A stretch of 64,000 bases of DNA from the human T2T-CHM13v2.0 reference genome, Homo sapiens. How positions within the stretch are numbered: position 1 is the first letter of the stretch; each line of letters opens with the position of its first letter. Shown here one piece after another: positions 1 through 18,290 of the stretch. The notes below the pieces were generated by a model that saw only the letters and a program-made list of their open reading frames with translations, had not been told where the DNA came from and did not search any database. The translations under genes and the position numbers were made by a program. The DNA lies in NCBI RefSeq assembly GCF_009914755.1, contig NC_060929.1, one strand, 5' to 3'.

Positions 1-142
1 CTCCCGAGTAGCTGGGACTCCAGGCATGCACCACCACACCGGGCTAATTTTGTATTTTCAGTAGAGACAGGGTTTCTCTATGTTGGTCGGGCTGGTCTCC
101 AACTCCCAACCTCAGGTGATCCACCTGCCTCGGCCTCCCAAA
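1..142 (-). mobile_element. Alu (AluS-like), partial, cut by window edge
   Basis: Reverse-complement Alu motifs: gctgggact, gctaattttgtatt, ctcaggtgatccacctgcctcggcctcccaaa. Confidence 0.95.
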
Positions 143-1340
<1,198 letters not shown>

Positions 1341-1491
1341 TGATATAGTTCAAATGTTGGTAGCTGCCAAAATTCATCTATTGTTACTTAGTACTCAGTG
1401 TGATAGTATTAAGAGCCTTTTGGCAAGTAACTAAGTAATGAGGACTGCACCCTCATGAGTAGATTAGTGCCCTTATAAAAGAGGCTAGAGG
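1341..1491 (+). mobile_element. MaLR LTR (MSTD/MLT1A-like), 5' part
   Basis: Starts TG; contains ccaaaattcat, gatagtattaagag, cctcatgagtagattagtgcccttataaaagaggc; continues at 6096. Confidence 0.8.
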
Positions 1492-6095
<4,604 letters not shown>

Positions 6096-6098
<3 letters not shown>

Positions 6099-6313
6099 GT
6101 GGTTGGAGGGAGCTTCCTTGCCCTGCTGCCATGACAAGGTGCAGCTAGAAGGTGCCATCTCTGAAGCAGAAAGCAAGCCTTCACCAGACACCAAATCTTC
6201 TGGTCCCTTGATTTTGGACTTCACAGCCTTCAAAAAATTGTGAGTATTAAATTTCTGTTGTTTATAAGTTACGCAGCCTAAGATATTTTGTTATAGCAGC
6301 AGGAATGAAGACA
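6096..6313 (+). mobile_element. MaLR LTR (MSTD/MLT1A-like), 3' part
   Basis: tcaccagacacc, ttggacttc, aaatttctgttgtttataag, ttttgttatagcagc; ends ACA; degenerate 5-bp TSD attga/cttgc. Confidence 0.85.
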
Positions 6314-7287
6314 CTTGCCCATCTGTTCTTACATGCTGTAGACTTTATCCTTTAGAGCTGTTAGCATGTTAATTACAGCTGTTTTAAATTTTCTGTCTGA
6401 TCATTTCAACATCCCTTCTATGTCTGGTTCTGATGTTTGCTCTGTCTCTTTAAACTGTATATTTTGCCTTTTAGTATGCCTTGTAATTCTTTCTTGATAG
6501 CCAAAAATGTTGCAGTAGGTAAAAGGACATGCTGTAAAGGACTTTACTAATGTGGTGGCAAGAAGTGGGAAAATGGAAAACCTTCTATGATCAGTGCTGT
6601 GATTCAATCTCAGTCTTTTTAGTGAGTCTGTGCCCCTACACTGTGAACTTCACAATTGTTTCTCCTTTTTCTCCTCCCTTAGGTGAGACAGTATGACTAG
6701 AGTGGATGAGTGTGTGTTTCCCTTCTCCTACATGGAAGGCTAGCTGGAAGCTGGATATTTGACTTCTCTCAGGTAATTCAGGCTCTGATAAAACCTCAGC
6801 AAGTTAGACTCTGGTTAAATAATTTATCCTGAGGCAGCCTTGTTAAAAACAGTGTTCAGCAATGTTTTTAAATTGTTCATTTTCTCCTCCCACTTTCAGA
6901 ATCGTGGGGAATTTTCTCCGATTTTTACTGTGAGAACCAGATTGGGTTCCCGGAGGTAAATTCACAAAAGTGTGGGCCCCTGATGACTGGGTCCTGTGGA
7001 ATTTTTAACTCTCAGACTTGTCCACATTGCCTCCAGCAATTCATCAATTTACAGTTCAGGTTTTCCTACTCAGGCACTAGTTTCTGCAGAGGTTTCTACT
7101 CCAATAAGTTATGATTCTTTATATTCACCTATCTCTTCAATTTTGAGGGCAGTGGTTTGCCCTGTGACCTCACTTCTCTTAAATATTTAAAAAGAGTTGT
7201 TGAATTTTCAGGTTGTTCAGCTTTTTACTTGTTAAGATGGAATGGTAACACTTAGCTCCTTATATGCAGAACTGGCAACTGAAAGTC
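6314..7287 (-). mobile_element. Old L1 (L1MC-like) 5'UTR and ORF1 start, right fragment
   Basis: Reverse complement begins gactttcagttgccagttc and has aagtaaaaagctgaacaa and gaggtcacagggcaaacc, matching my recollection of L1MCa-type 5' ends. Confidence 0.75.
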
Positions 7288-9112
7288 CTTTGTCTAATTT
7301 TTTAAAAACACACACAATATGCATGATAAAGGGGATAGTCTCTATCAAAAAAATACTACCTAGAAGTTAATTTATTTATTGGAACCACTAGGATTTGTTT
7401 TAATCATCAAATGACCTTTTCTTGTTTTCAACTGAGTAAGATGTGCCCATCTATTATTATTTACCCAGAAACCTTCCTGACAAGAAAATACAAAAGCATC
7501 AGCAGGCACGTTGGGGGCTGTGAGTGTGTTAGGAATTGTGAAGACAGGGAGAAGGGGTTAGTAAGAGGATCTCTTTCTCACCCACTCAGGTTTGCTCTGC
7601 ATTTCCTTATTTGAATAGGAATAGGCAAAGGAAGTCAGAAAAAATACAAGAAAAAATTTAAAATGTGGAACTAGAAGAGACTTTATGGGTTATTTTTTAT
7701 CTCTAAAAAAAAATAAGGCCTAAAACTTTTCAATGACTTACCCGAAGTCAGGGGTTGAGTAAGTATGATACTGTGATGTTGAAATCCATGTCTTCTTATG
7801 TCATGCTCTTTATACAGAATGTCCCTGTCTTTTGATCTCCAAGTGTCTCATAAAGTCTAATTGCAAAAGCTTTAAAATGAAAGGTTTACCAAACACAATA
7901 TGTAAGAAACTGCAGTTTCTTACATATTGCCACCAAATCATGAGATCTTCTCCCCTGTCTTCACTAACATTTCACCCCAGGTTTACCAGAAATACCTTTT
8001 TTAAAGCTTCTCTTGAAGTCCAGGCTACACTTCAACTTCAAATCCAGATGGTTCTCTTAACTGTTGGATATTTTCAGCCATCAGGCTTTCTGGAGAGCCC
8101 ACTTCAGTGTTGTAACATTTGTCTTTCAGTCCTATTCAAACTGCGTCCATTTGGTACCTGCACACTTTCGTGCCTTGATGGGCTTGGCCTGGAGACTTCC
8201 ATGTCCTTATCTCTTTTCCTTTCTTCTACTTCTCTCCAGAACACCGGAGGTACAAAGACAAAACTTCAATCCCATGGTCTTAAAGATCCATTTTAGATGA
8301 CTTAGACCCCTGACCCAACTATTTAAGAGTTTAGTTCTACAACTGTGCTCCAAAAATGACAGCTGGAGGCAAACCCCAACAGCCAATTAAATTCAGAAGT
8401 GACAGTAGAAAGCAGACCAAATATTTTTATAGAAAAGTTTTGTCCATTTGAGAAGTGGTAAAAAAAGACTGGGATTGCTCAAGAGCCCTTTCAACAGGTC
8501 CAATTTGGGACACAGAAATTTAATAATGAAATGATGTGGTATTTTGAGGGACATTAAAGATGCTACATACTGTTTTCATCAGGCACCCTGACTCAAGCAC
8601 TGAATGTATTTTCTAATGTCATTTGTCAGAGCCCTTAAAGCCAATGCTGTTGACAACAGCTGAGGGGCCTATGAATCACCAGCTCCAGCCTGCAGGAGAA
8701 TGCCGTGTACAAACTACGTTGACTTAATTGGACTGAAATTTAGAAGCTACACATTGACCTCCGAAGTGAGTACATTAGTTGTCCTCTGGAGTCGACCCTC
8801 AGTTAACAAAGATATGCATTTGGATTAACTCACATGCCCTTCATTTCTTTGAGTTCACTCAAGCGAAGCCATTTTTAAAGATGGTCATGAACAATGCCCA
8901 TTGAGCAACGTCCTGAAATCAGGTGAGTGACCCTAAGGGCTACTTTCTAAAGTCCTCTTCTGTGTCACTCATTCTTTCTCTCCAGTCAACCAAACGCCAT
9001 TTTCCTGAGCCCCGTGGGGATCTTTGGCTTGATACCTAATAGTTTGCTACTTTTGTATCCTGCAGGTGGTTGCAAGATGGAAGATAGGGATACATCTATT
9101 TCTAAAGTGTAA

Positions 9113-9427
9113 TTTATTTTTTTTTAATTTTTATTTTATTTTATCCTTTTGAGATGGAGTCACCCAGGCTGTTGTGTAGTGGTGCCAACTCAGCTCACTG
9201 AAACCTCCACCTCTCCGATTCAAGGGATTCTTCTACCTCAGCCTCCCAAGTAGCTGGGATTACAGCACCTGCCACCACGCCCGGCTAATTTTTTGTACTT
9301 TACATTAGTAGAGATGGGGTTTCACCATGTTTGCCAGGCTGGTCTTGAACTTCTGGCCTCAGGTGATCCGCCCACCTCGGCTTCCCCAAAGTGCTGGGAT
9401 TACAAGCATGAGCCACCGCACCCAGCC
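9113..9427 (-). mobile_element. AluS
   Basis: Full dimer on minus strand; TSD-like tgtaatt flanks. Confidence 0.95.
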
Positions 9428-10019
9428 TAATGTAATTAATTTTAATACCAGGTGTAAATATTTGAAAACTGAAGAAGTCTGCAAAAACTGACATTTCTGA
9501 TTATACCATGCTCCAAGAGGTATTTTATAGTTAGAGTTTGTTTCTGGGCACCTATGATAAGTATACTAGTCTCAGGAAAAAGCGAAGTCTTATCACTATT
9601 CTAAAGTTTCACCTACTTAAAAAAAACGCATCTGCGTAAGGAATTCATTTACAGTACAATTGTCACAATTGTACATTTATTTTTTCTACTTGATTTTGTT
9701 TTTTACTCTTTCTTGCTATTGAATAAATTTTATAAATCTACATAAATAATAAACCTCCAAATTTCAGGTTAAGATATGTTTATGTGTAAAAGACCCTTTT
9801 TAAAAATATCATGTTCATAATAAATGCTACAAAAATAGCCTACAATATTTCCAGTTGTATTAAATTTACCTAGGAGTTTAAAACTAACAGGGATTTAAAA
9901 TAAACTTAAACAAAAAAATGTTGATACGTTTATCAAACTGGAGATTTAGTAGAACCAGCTAAATCTGGATGCCAGATCCCATAACATTTTTGATCAAGAA
10001 ATATTTTGGCCCGTATAGT

Positions 10020-10076
10020 CAGTGTCTCTACGTCCTGGGAGACAGAACGAGAGACTCTGACTCAAAAAAAAAAAAA
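10020..10076 (+). mobile_element. Severely 5'-truncated Alu 3' end
   Basis: cctgggagacagaacgagagactctgactc followed by A13; aagaaat on both sides. Confidence 0.7.
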
Positions 10077-10160
10077 GAAATTAGTAAAATCTCATTGCAC
10101 TCATCATATGCATGGAGATGAAAATGTCTTGTAATGCGATGTAAATTTAATCAAGCTTCC

Positions 10161-10485
<325 letters not shown>

Positions 10486-11727
10486 TTAACACCCACAAGA
10501 CATTGGGAATAAATACAATGGTGAACAGTCAATAGAACGTTTCTATTCTCCCAGGTAACACTAAAGCTCTCTTTTGGTGCTCATGCAGCTTAGTCTCCTC
10601 GCTCTAGGTTTATTTTCATTTTACTTTTCAACTCTTTAGAGATACCAACTATTTTGAACTTATAATCACGTAAAGCTGTGAATCGAGTTCCATTTTCTTT
10701 TTTTCTTTTTATATATCTTACAATACGTGGGACAAATTGAAAATTTTGAAGTTCTAAAATTCTGGTTTTTATTTTATCCATTTGTGCCTCAGGCACATGC
10801 CTTTGAAAACTTAAGATGACACTGAAAAATTCCCTTGGGGACTTTCTAAGATGACTGTCCCTTAGCTTGGTTTCACTAGCAAATTGCTGGCCTTCTGAGG
10901 TTGCTGTACAGCTCCATGTGCACAACAGCAACAGAAAAGGATGTGATATGGGTGAGCACATGTGACTCCACACACACTTTCTCCCTGGAGATAGTCCTTC
11001 AGATGACAGGGGAACCAAAACGTTTCCAAATATGATTTAAGAAAACCAAATATTTGAATTTTTTTAATGAATACTAAAATTCTGACTCAATATGGTACCA
11101 CAAGCCAAGATGACAGAAGGTGACTAGTATGACTCAAGTCATGAAACCAACAAGCAAATAAAATTTCTGTTCACAAAAAGATATTCAAAATGTGGTCCTA
11201 GTGCATGATTTAGAATAATCCTAACTAAGGAGTGAAACTATATTGTTTAATAGAGTTACAGATCCATGAAGTCGTTTAGTCTCCAGAAATCTCAGTTTAC
11301 TACACAGATGGATTTATAACAACCTCTAATGGGTGTAACTTAAGATGGAACAGATGACTCTACCAGTGGATTAATCAACCTCTTCCAAACTGCAAATTAA
11401 AAAAGAAACAAATCAAACACTGCATTTTCCTCACAGATGTTTAGCAAAACATATTCAGTCTTACTCCTATAATTACAGCATTAGGAGAGTTTTACCAGCA
11501 TCAAAGTAAATAAAAACATATCAAATGAAAGCTGATGAAAAACTAACAAGAGACTGAATAATAATTTTTAAAGATCTCACGGCCAGAAAATCTTATTGAT
11601 TTCAATTATATATTCATTACTTTCAAACGGGGAGCCCTGGAGTTAGAAAATGTGACTCTTGTGGGGACCTGAGCTATGTTCTAACCACAGTATCCAACAA
11701 AATTCGTCTCCAACATCTGCAGTTGAT

Positions 11728-11776
11728 AAAAAAAAAAAAAAAAAAAAAAAAGAAAGTTTTTTTTTTTTTGGTGTTT

Positions 11777-11808
<32 letters not shown>
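11728..11808. repeat. Adjacent A24, T13 and T30 homopolymers (fold-back)
   Basis: A24 11728-11751, GAAAG, T13 11757-11769, GGTGTTTTC, T30 11779-11808. Confidence 0.95.
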
Positions 11809-11810
<2 letters not shown>

Positions 11811-11997
11811 CAAGATTCATTTGAGCTTTTTTAGCACCAGAGGGAAAGAAAAAAAAAAAAGAAAGAAAGCAGTAGAGATACCCCAAATCTGGGATATTCA
11901 AAGCAAATATTATCAATTGACCTTCACATTCGATGTTACATTGAGTACAAATAGCAAATTTTCACAGGTGATTTTCTATTAATGACTCTCCTACACG

Positions 11998-12107
11998 ACT
12001 TCCGGGAAGTAAATGAGTCAGAGAGGACTAACCTCTCAAGAGATGTATTAACAAACATCCCATTCCCTCATTCCTTCGTTTCCTAATGCTCACGTGACTT
12101 AACCACA
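11998..12107. promoter_or_regulatory. Candidate enhancer (STAT/ETS/AP-1/FOX/TEAD/E-box/RUNX motif cluster)
   Basis: TTCCGGGAA 12000-12008, TGAGTCA 12014-12020, ACAAACA 12051-12057, CATTCC x2 12061-12074, TCACGTGAC 12090-12098, AACCACA 12101-12107. Motif evidence only. Confidence 0.45.
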
Positions 12108-12608
12108 CAAAATCATGGTAGTGTTGCCTACAAACTGACCAAGGTTAGACATCACTTGCATTGTCTCAATCTCTGAACAGCAGCCAATCAACATGCTCAA
12201 TACTCTCAACTCTGCTCAAGGCTCTTGGAAGATGGAATGATAGAGGGGCAGTCAATCAAAGCTATAACTACCTCAGCTCCCGCCAGTCTGTCTCCACTCA
12301 AAGTGTCCATTTAGCCGGGAAGCACAGCAAAATTTATAGCCAGGACTTTTATTGTGCAGAGCTTTAACACTGTAAGGAACCCTATACTCATGCCTGAAAG
12401 CCTTTAAGAAGGGCAGACCCAGAATTTGTTTTAACCAATAGGCAAGTTCAATAGCCTACGCAGTGATAAGCCTGAAATTAATCAGTTTGACATTCACAAA
12501 TCTCCCAAGCTATTACTTTGCATTTTATATCTGATGATGCCACAGGTTAAAAAAAATACAGCATTCATCCCATTTTTTATACATTTTCTTTTTGCACAAC
12601 ATGTCTGA

Positions 12609-12925
<317 letters not shown>

Positions 12926-13094
12926 TTCTCTCTCTCTTTTTTTTTTTTTTTAATTTTTTGTGTGTTTTGGGTTTTTTAAGTTAATTTTTTGTATGTTTTG
13001 TGGCGTTTTTTTGTTGTTAATTTTTTGTGTGTTTTGTTGAAGAGGCTGATGGAGAGGCCCATGAAAAAACAGACCCACTTCTCTTTACTCCAAC

Positions 13095-13646
<552 letters not shown>

Positions 13647-13667
13647 TAGATTACGATGTGGCTATGT

Positions 13668-13745
13668 GTTCATTCAACAAGTTATTGAGCACCTACTATG
13701 TGCCAGGCCTTGCTCTAGGTAAACAAAACAGACAAAAATTCTCCT
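13668..13745 (-). mobile_element. L2 3' end
   Basis: cattcaacaagttattgagcacctactatgtgccaggc. Confidence 0.75.
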
Positions 13746-13949
13746 TTTCCTGACTTTTCCATCAATGCTAATGTGCCTCACTGTGGGATTATCTATCAAA
13801 GCTATTGTGTTTCACTGTGGGATTATTGGAAATGAAAGCCATTTTTTAAATGACATTCTTAGCCTGATCTTTTCCATAGGCAGTTGATCACAGGAGACAA
13901 GCTGCTTGTAGATTAAGTTGACATAGGCACAAGTCAGGAAAAGAGATTA

Positions 13950-14035
13950 TTGTGTTATGATCACTGCTGCATCTCCAGCACCTAGAGCAGGGCCCAGCAC
14001 ATAGCACATGCTCAGTAAATATTTGTTGAATGAAA
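13950..14035 (+). mobile_element. L2 3' end
   Basis: tcactgctgcatctccagcacctag...ctcagtaaatatttgttgaatgaa. Confidence 0.75.
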
Positions 14036-14521
14036 GGATTTGCCCATCATCATAATTTACTGTCATAGGAAATGATTACTCTATTTCGTCTCCTCACTCT
14101 TAATGGGTTTCTAGCCTGGAATCCCAGTGTCCTCTCCTGAAGAATCAAGCCTAAACCTCAGCTTCTCACCCCACCTATATCCCAATCCTCAAATCTCACT
14201 AATTTAGTCCTGGTAGCTAATCTGATAAACTAAACCTGCAGAATAATAGTAATTGAATACGTCACCCTTTCACATATAATTAATGATCACTTTAACTATG
14301 ACTTAAAGCCATAGACTCAAGCAGTGACTATTGTGGCAAATCAAGTTCCAAGTGTCCTACTCTTATCCCTACCCCTCTCCCTACCATTATAACAACATGG
14401 GTGATCAACTGGGCTAGAAGGAGTTTTCAGAGGCTTCTAATTAATTGCGCAATTGTCCTCAGGCTGGGCATCAGGCCAATCACATACAGGAGATAATTGG
14501 AGGGCAGCTATTAAACTAGGT

Positions 14522-14732
14522 AAGGAGTCAGCAAATCTTTTCTATAAAAGGTCAGATACAATGTAAATATTTCAGGCTTTTAGGACCATATTCCACTCTG
14601 CCATTGTAGTGCAAATGAAGCCACACACAGTATAGAAAAATATGTTCCTGGCTGTGTTCTGATAACACTTTATTTACAAAAAACAGGCTGTGGGTCAGTC
14701 TGTGTCCACAGGCCATGGTTTGTTGACCCCTG
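14522..14732. mobile_element. MER58A-like hAT-Charlie MITE
   Basis: Termini aaggagtcagcaaa / tttgttgacccctg; internal ctctgccattgtagtgc and ctttatttacaaaaaacagg. Confidence 0.8.
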
Positions 14733-14969
14733 CTCTAGACCCAGGTGATATGTAAAATAATCCCAAACCCTACTCTCTAGGCCCTTAAAATTGAATATGA
14801 TCCTGTTGCTTAATTAATTACAACTAAATGTATCACAGGTATCTGCACACCTAGTGGTTATTTTTCATAAAAGAAAAAGATGATAGTCATTTCCTGATAA
14901 AAATTAAATTGTCTCTCTCTCTCCCCTTCTCTTTTTATGTGTTCACCCACTCATTCTCCAGAATTCACC

Positions 14970-15385
14970 CCCACCCAGTGGCAGCTATGGTACCAGCTTA
15001 GGCCTCCCTCAGGAAAGCAACTTGCCACTCAGCCTCAAGGAGTGCTGTTAGGTGACAGTCTCCAGGGACAACGCCTTCAGTGTCTGCCACAGTGTCACTC
15101 TGAGCTATGGTCTTTCCAGGCAGCTCCCAGCCAATGACTGAGCATGGTGGAGCATCAGGACCCAGAATCAGCCCTGGCTGGTGGTGGACTCCTCACAGGC
15201 CAGCTTGGCACCAAAACTTCCTATTGGGTTGGCCAAGCTCTGTCAGATGTGAATTACAGCCAGAGAATTTCCCAGGCCGGGTCTGCTATCCTCTCCTTTT
15301 CCTGTTCTAGGCATCAGCTCTGGATCACTGTCTGATTTCCCCTGCCCAATCTGGTTTCCTATCTCTTTATCTTTCAGACATTCTA
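14970..15385 (+). mobile_element. LTR16-family (ERVL) LTR
   Basis: cagccaatgactgagca, ttgggttggccaag, tgtcagat and ccctgcccaatc resemble recalled LTR16B/E consensus. Confidence 0.6.
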
Positions 15386-16719
15386 CAAAAACAACAACTT
15401 CTACAAAACAACAACTTCCCCCACCCCAAGGGAAAAAAAAAAAGAACACTGTACTCTTAATTCCTATGGATGAGTATTTGCCTCACTTCCCCTCCCCGCC
15501 AGCCCCTACTCACCTCCTATTCTATTGAGATCCTTAATACGTTTATGTTATTTTGAAAATCTCAAAGTGGGTCTATGAATACTTCAGTGAAAACAAGAAA
15601 AAGAAAGTTCTCCTGCTTCTCAGTGATACCTTGATATAGTTTTGATCTTATACTTAAAGATAAGTTTAAACTTACTCTTCCAAATGTTTCTCAAATCACT
15701 GTTAGGGACTGGGGGAGTGATCACAGTACCTGCTCGTGTCATCCAAAGTGGACAGAGGGTCAGGGCTGTTTTGAAGGGCTACACTTATGAATACAGGACA
15801 CATCCAAGCAGTAATTATTGTCCAGAGACCCTGAGTTTCAGTACTAGGCCAAGACCCATACAACTAGCACCTTCCAAGATCTAGAAGAGATGGGATCCAT
15901 AGGTCACAAACCTATTCAGATGAGAGCACCAATTAAAGGGAGGTTTTGTCACAACCACTTTGGAAACTATCTGGAAGCACAGGTGACAGAGTGTCCCTGA
16001 CTTGAGTCCCTGAGCGATAGCAGTTGCCTGGGAACCACTAGAAGAAGCCAGGGCTCCCTTCTCTATATCCTGGAGGCAGAGTGCATTTCATTAGAAAGCA
16101 GTGCTTGAAGCCTACTTTAAGGAGCTCTGCTCAGCTCCCATAAAAGACACAGAAAAGCCCACAGTGCCTACAATGACACTGACAACTGGTCCCTTCTTGC
16201 AGTTAGCTGACAATATAAAAACAGAAGAAAACAAGAGGAGGTGAAGAAAAAGGAGGAGGAGGAGGAACAGAGAAGAAGGAAAAAGATGAGAAGAAAGAAA
16301 ATTTAAAGTAAGACACAAAACCAGGTAGGACGTGAGATTTGTTGTTCAAGGCACAAGCAATTAATGAATCATTGCAATTGATTATTAACGTCTGTTCCGA
16401 GCTTCCTGACCGCCCAAGGCTTAGAGGAAAGGCAAGTCTTCTGATGAGGTGAACTCTTTGTGGGCCCAGATTTCTGGGAATCCATCCATTCATGAGAAGT
16501 GTAGCCAAGTCATTTCATTTTCCTGGGCCTCAGTCTCCTTACCTCAATAAAACTAGGGCTTGTATTAGATGAACACTGGTTACCATCACTGCTACTATTC
16601 TGTGATTACATTGAGCCCAGAAAATCAAGAGAATCTCTCAGGACTTATCAGCCACTCTACCTCCCCCCATTCCTATAAACCTATGGGAGTTTTTAGGGGC
16701 CAGGGGTGGATGTGGAATT

Positions 16720-16855
16720 TATATTTTCTCCCACATACTATTGGCCAGAGTTCAGTCATACCTTTACCCCATCTGCAAGAAAGGCTGGGATAGAATTCAC
16801 CTGTGCACCCAAGAAGAACGACCCAGTTTGGTAAGCATCTAGCCAGCAGTCATTG
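16720..16855 (-). mobile_element. MLT1J/K-like LTR fragment
   Basis: attggccagag-tagtca, ctgcaagaaaggctggga, ctgtgcacccaagaag, ctagccag. Confidence 0.55.
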
Positions 16856-16959
16856 AAGGCTCTGCTTCAACATTAACCAGTGAGAACTAACCACTCTCAC
16901 TTTGAGCCTCCACTCTACTTATTCGTGTTTCAGTCACGATACCTTTGACAAAAGATTGC

Positions 16960-18290
16960 AAGTGTGTGTCTCCTTCTCCATCTCCTCTCATTGACTATAA
17001 GAACCTTAAAGATAAAGCGTATTTCTTACTTACCTCTGGGCTCCCAGTGGCTAGCACTATGCACAGTGCCTGGTGCATGCTAATTGTTCAATAAATACTG
17101 GTTTGAGAGAAAGAAGACAGGGGCAGCGGTGGGGAGAGAGAGGGAGAGAGAGAGACAGGAATAAGTAAAAGAATTGTGTAGATAATAACAAATTTACCTC
17201 TTTACTCAAAAACCATCAATAGCTCCCCATTGCTCAGAGGATTACATCCAAATTCCTCATTATGACACTCAAGATAATCCTTTCTTACCTCCCCAATCTT
17301 AATCCTATTACTCAATATCATGAAAGTGGTTAGCTCATTTTGTTCTTTCCTTCCCTCTTTCTTTCATTCCTTTCTCTTTTCTCTCTCCCTCCCTTTCATT
17401 CCCCTCTTCTCCTTGCTCTCCTTCTTTCTTTATTCTACTTTTACTCATTGACCTGACACTTCAGCACCTACTATGTGTCAGGAAACTTGCCAGCTACAGG
17501 AGATACAAAGATAAGTTGACTTCAGAGTCTGCTGCAAATAGACTTGGTGGACAGGCAAGTCCAATGTGCCCTGAAAGCTGAGGTAGTTTAGAAGCTCAGA
17601 AGAGGAGCAACTATGCAGACTGAGGGAAGGGGGAAGAGGGGCAGAGGGCACAGAAGGCTCAGAAAAAATGGCAATCCCTTAGTGGATTCTCAAAGGCTGA
17701 ATGGGCTTGTTCAGACCCAAAATGGTGGGACGGAAATTGCTGGCAAGAAGTATGTACCCAGGTATGGAGACGAGTGCACGCACAGCACACCTGAAGAGCT
17801 CCAAGTACTTCCCTTATCTGCAGAATGAAAGCAGAAAGCTTTTGACAGATGGGGCGGGCCAGAAGCAAGATCACAAAGGTAACATTATGTTAATTAAGTT
17901 TTGCACAGAGGTAATGGGAGATGAGGAGATGAGTCCAGAGGGAGGAGTGCAGTGGCAGGAAGATACCGGCCTGCCCTGAGGCAAGGGCTCTGGGACCGGA
18001 CATGCAGAGTCAAGAGATATTCAGAAGGAAAAATGACCAGACTTTGTGATTAACTGATTGAGAGACAGGCAGATTACAGCAGGAAAAAACAAAGGAGGTT
18101 AGGTTAGCTCCAGTGGCTTTGCTCTTGGATGGCCAGCTGGACAATGGCTCCCTTCACTGTGCCGGAAGATAGGAGAAGGAAAGTAAGTTGTAGGGACAAG
18201 CCTACAAGCCGATGAGGTCAATACTGGATCGGGTAAAAGTGAGCTAAGTGAAAGACTCTTAGGCAGAGATGGCAGGTAGGATTTTAGGGG
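16960..18290. mobile_element. Cluster of L2 fragments, both orientations
   Basis: Plus 3' end (cacagtgcctgg...caataaat) near 17060-17100; minus copy from about 17445 (cacctactatgtgtcagg, ggagatacaaagataag). Confidence 0.55.

Noticed and set aside
7832-8296. 154-aa plus-strand ORF in unique sequence
   Set aside because: Non-ATG start, no recognisable domain, no supporting exon structure; the opposite-strand frame is also short.
8646-8660. Palindrome GCTGTTG-A-CAACAGC
   Set aside because: 7-bp arms are expected by chance in 64 kb.
10590-11018. 142-aa minus-strand ORF
   Set aside because: Non-ATG start, no recognisable homology; length is compatible with chance in 64 kb.
11659-11982. Poly-Lys/poly-Phe ORFs
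   Set aside because: Artefacts of the A and T homopolymers.
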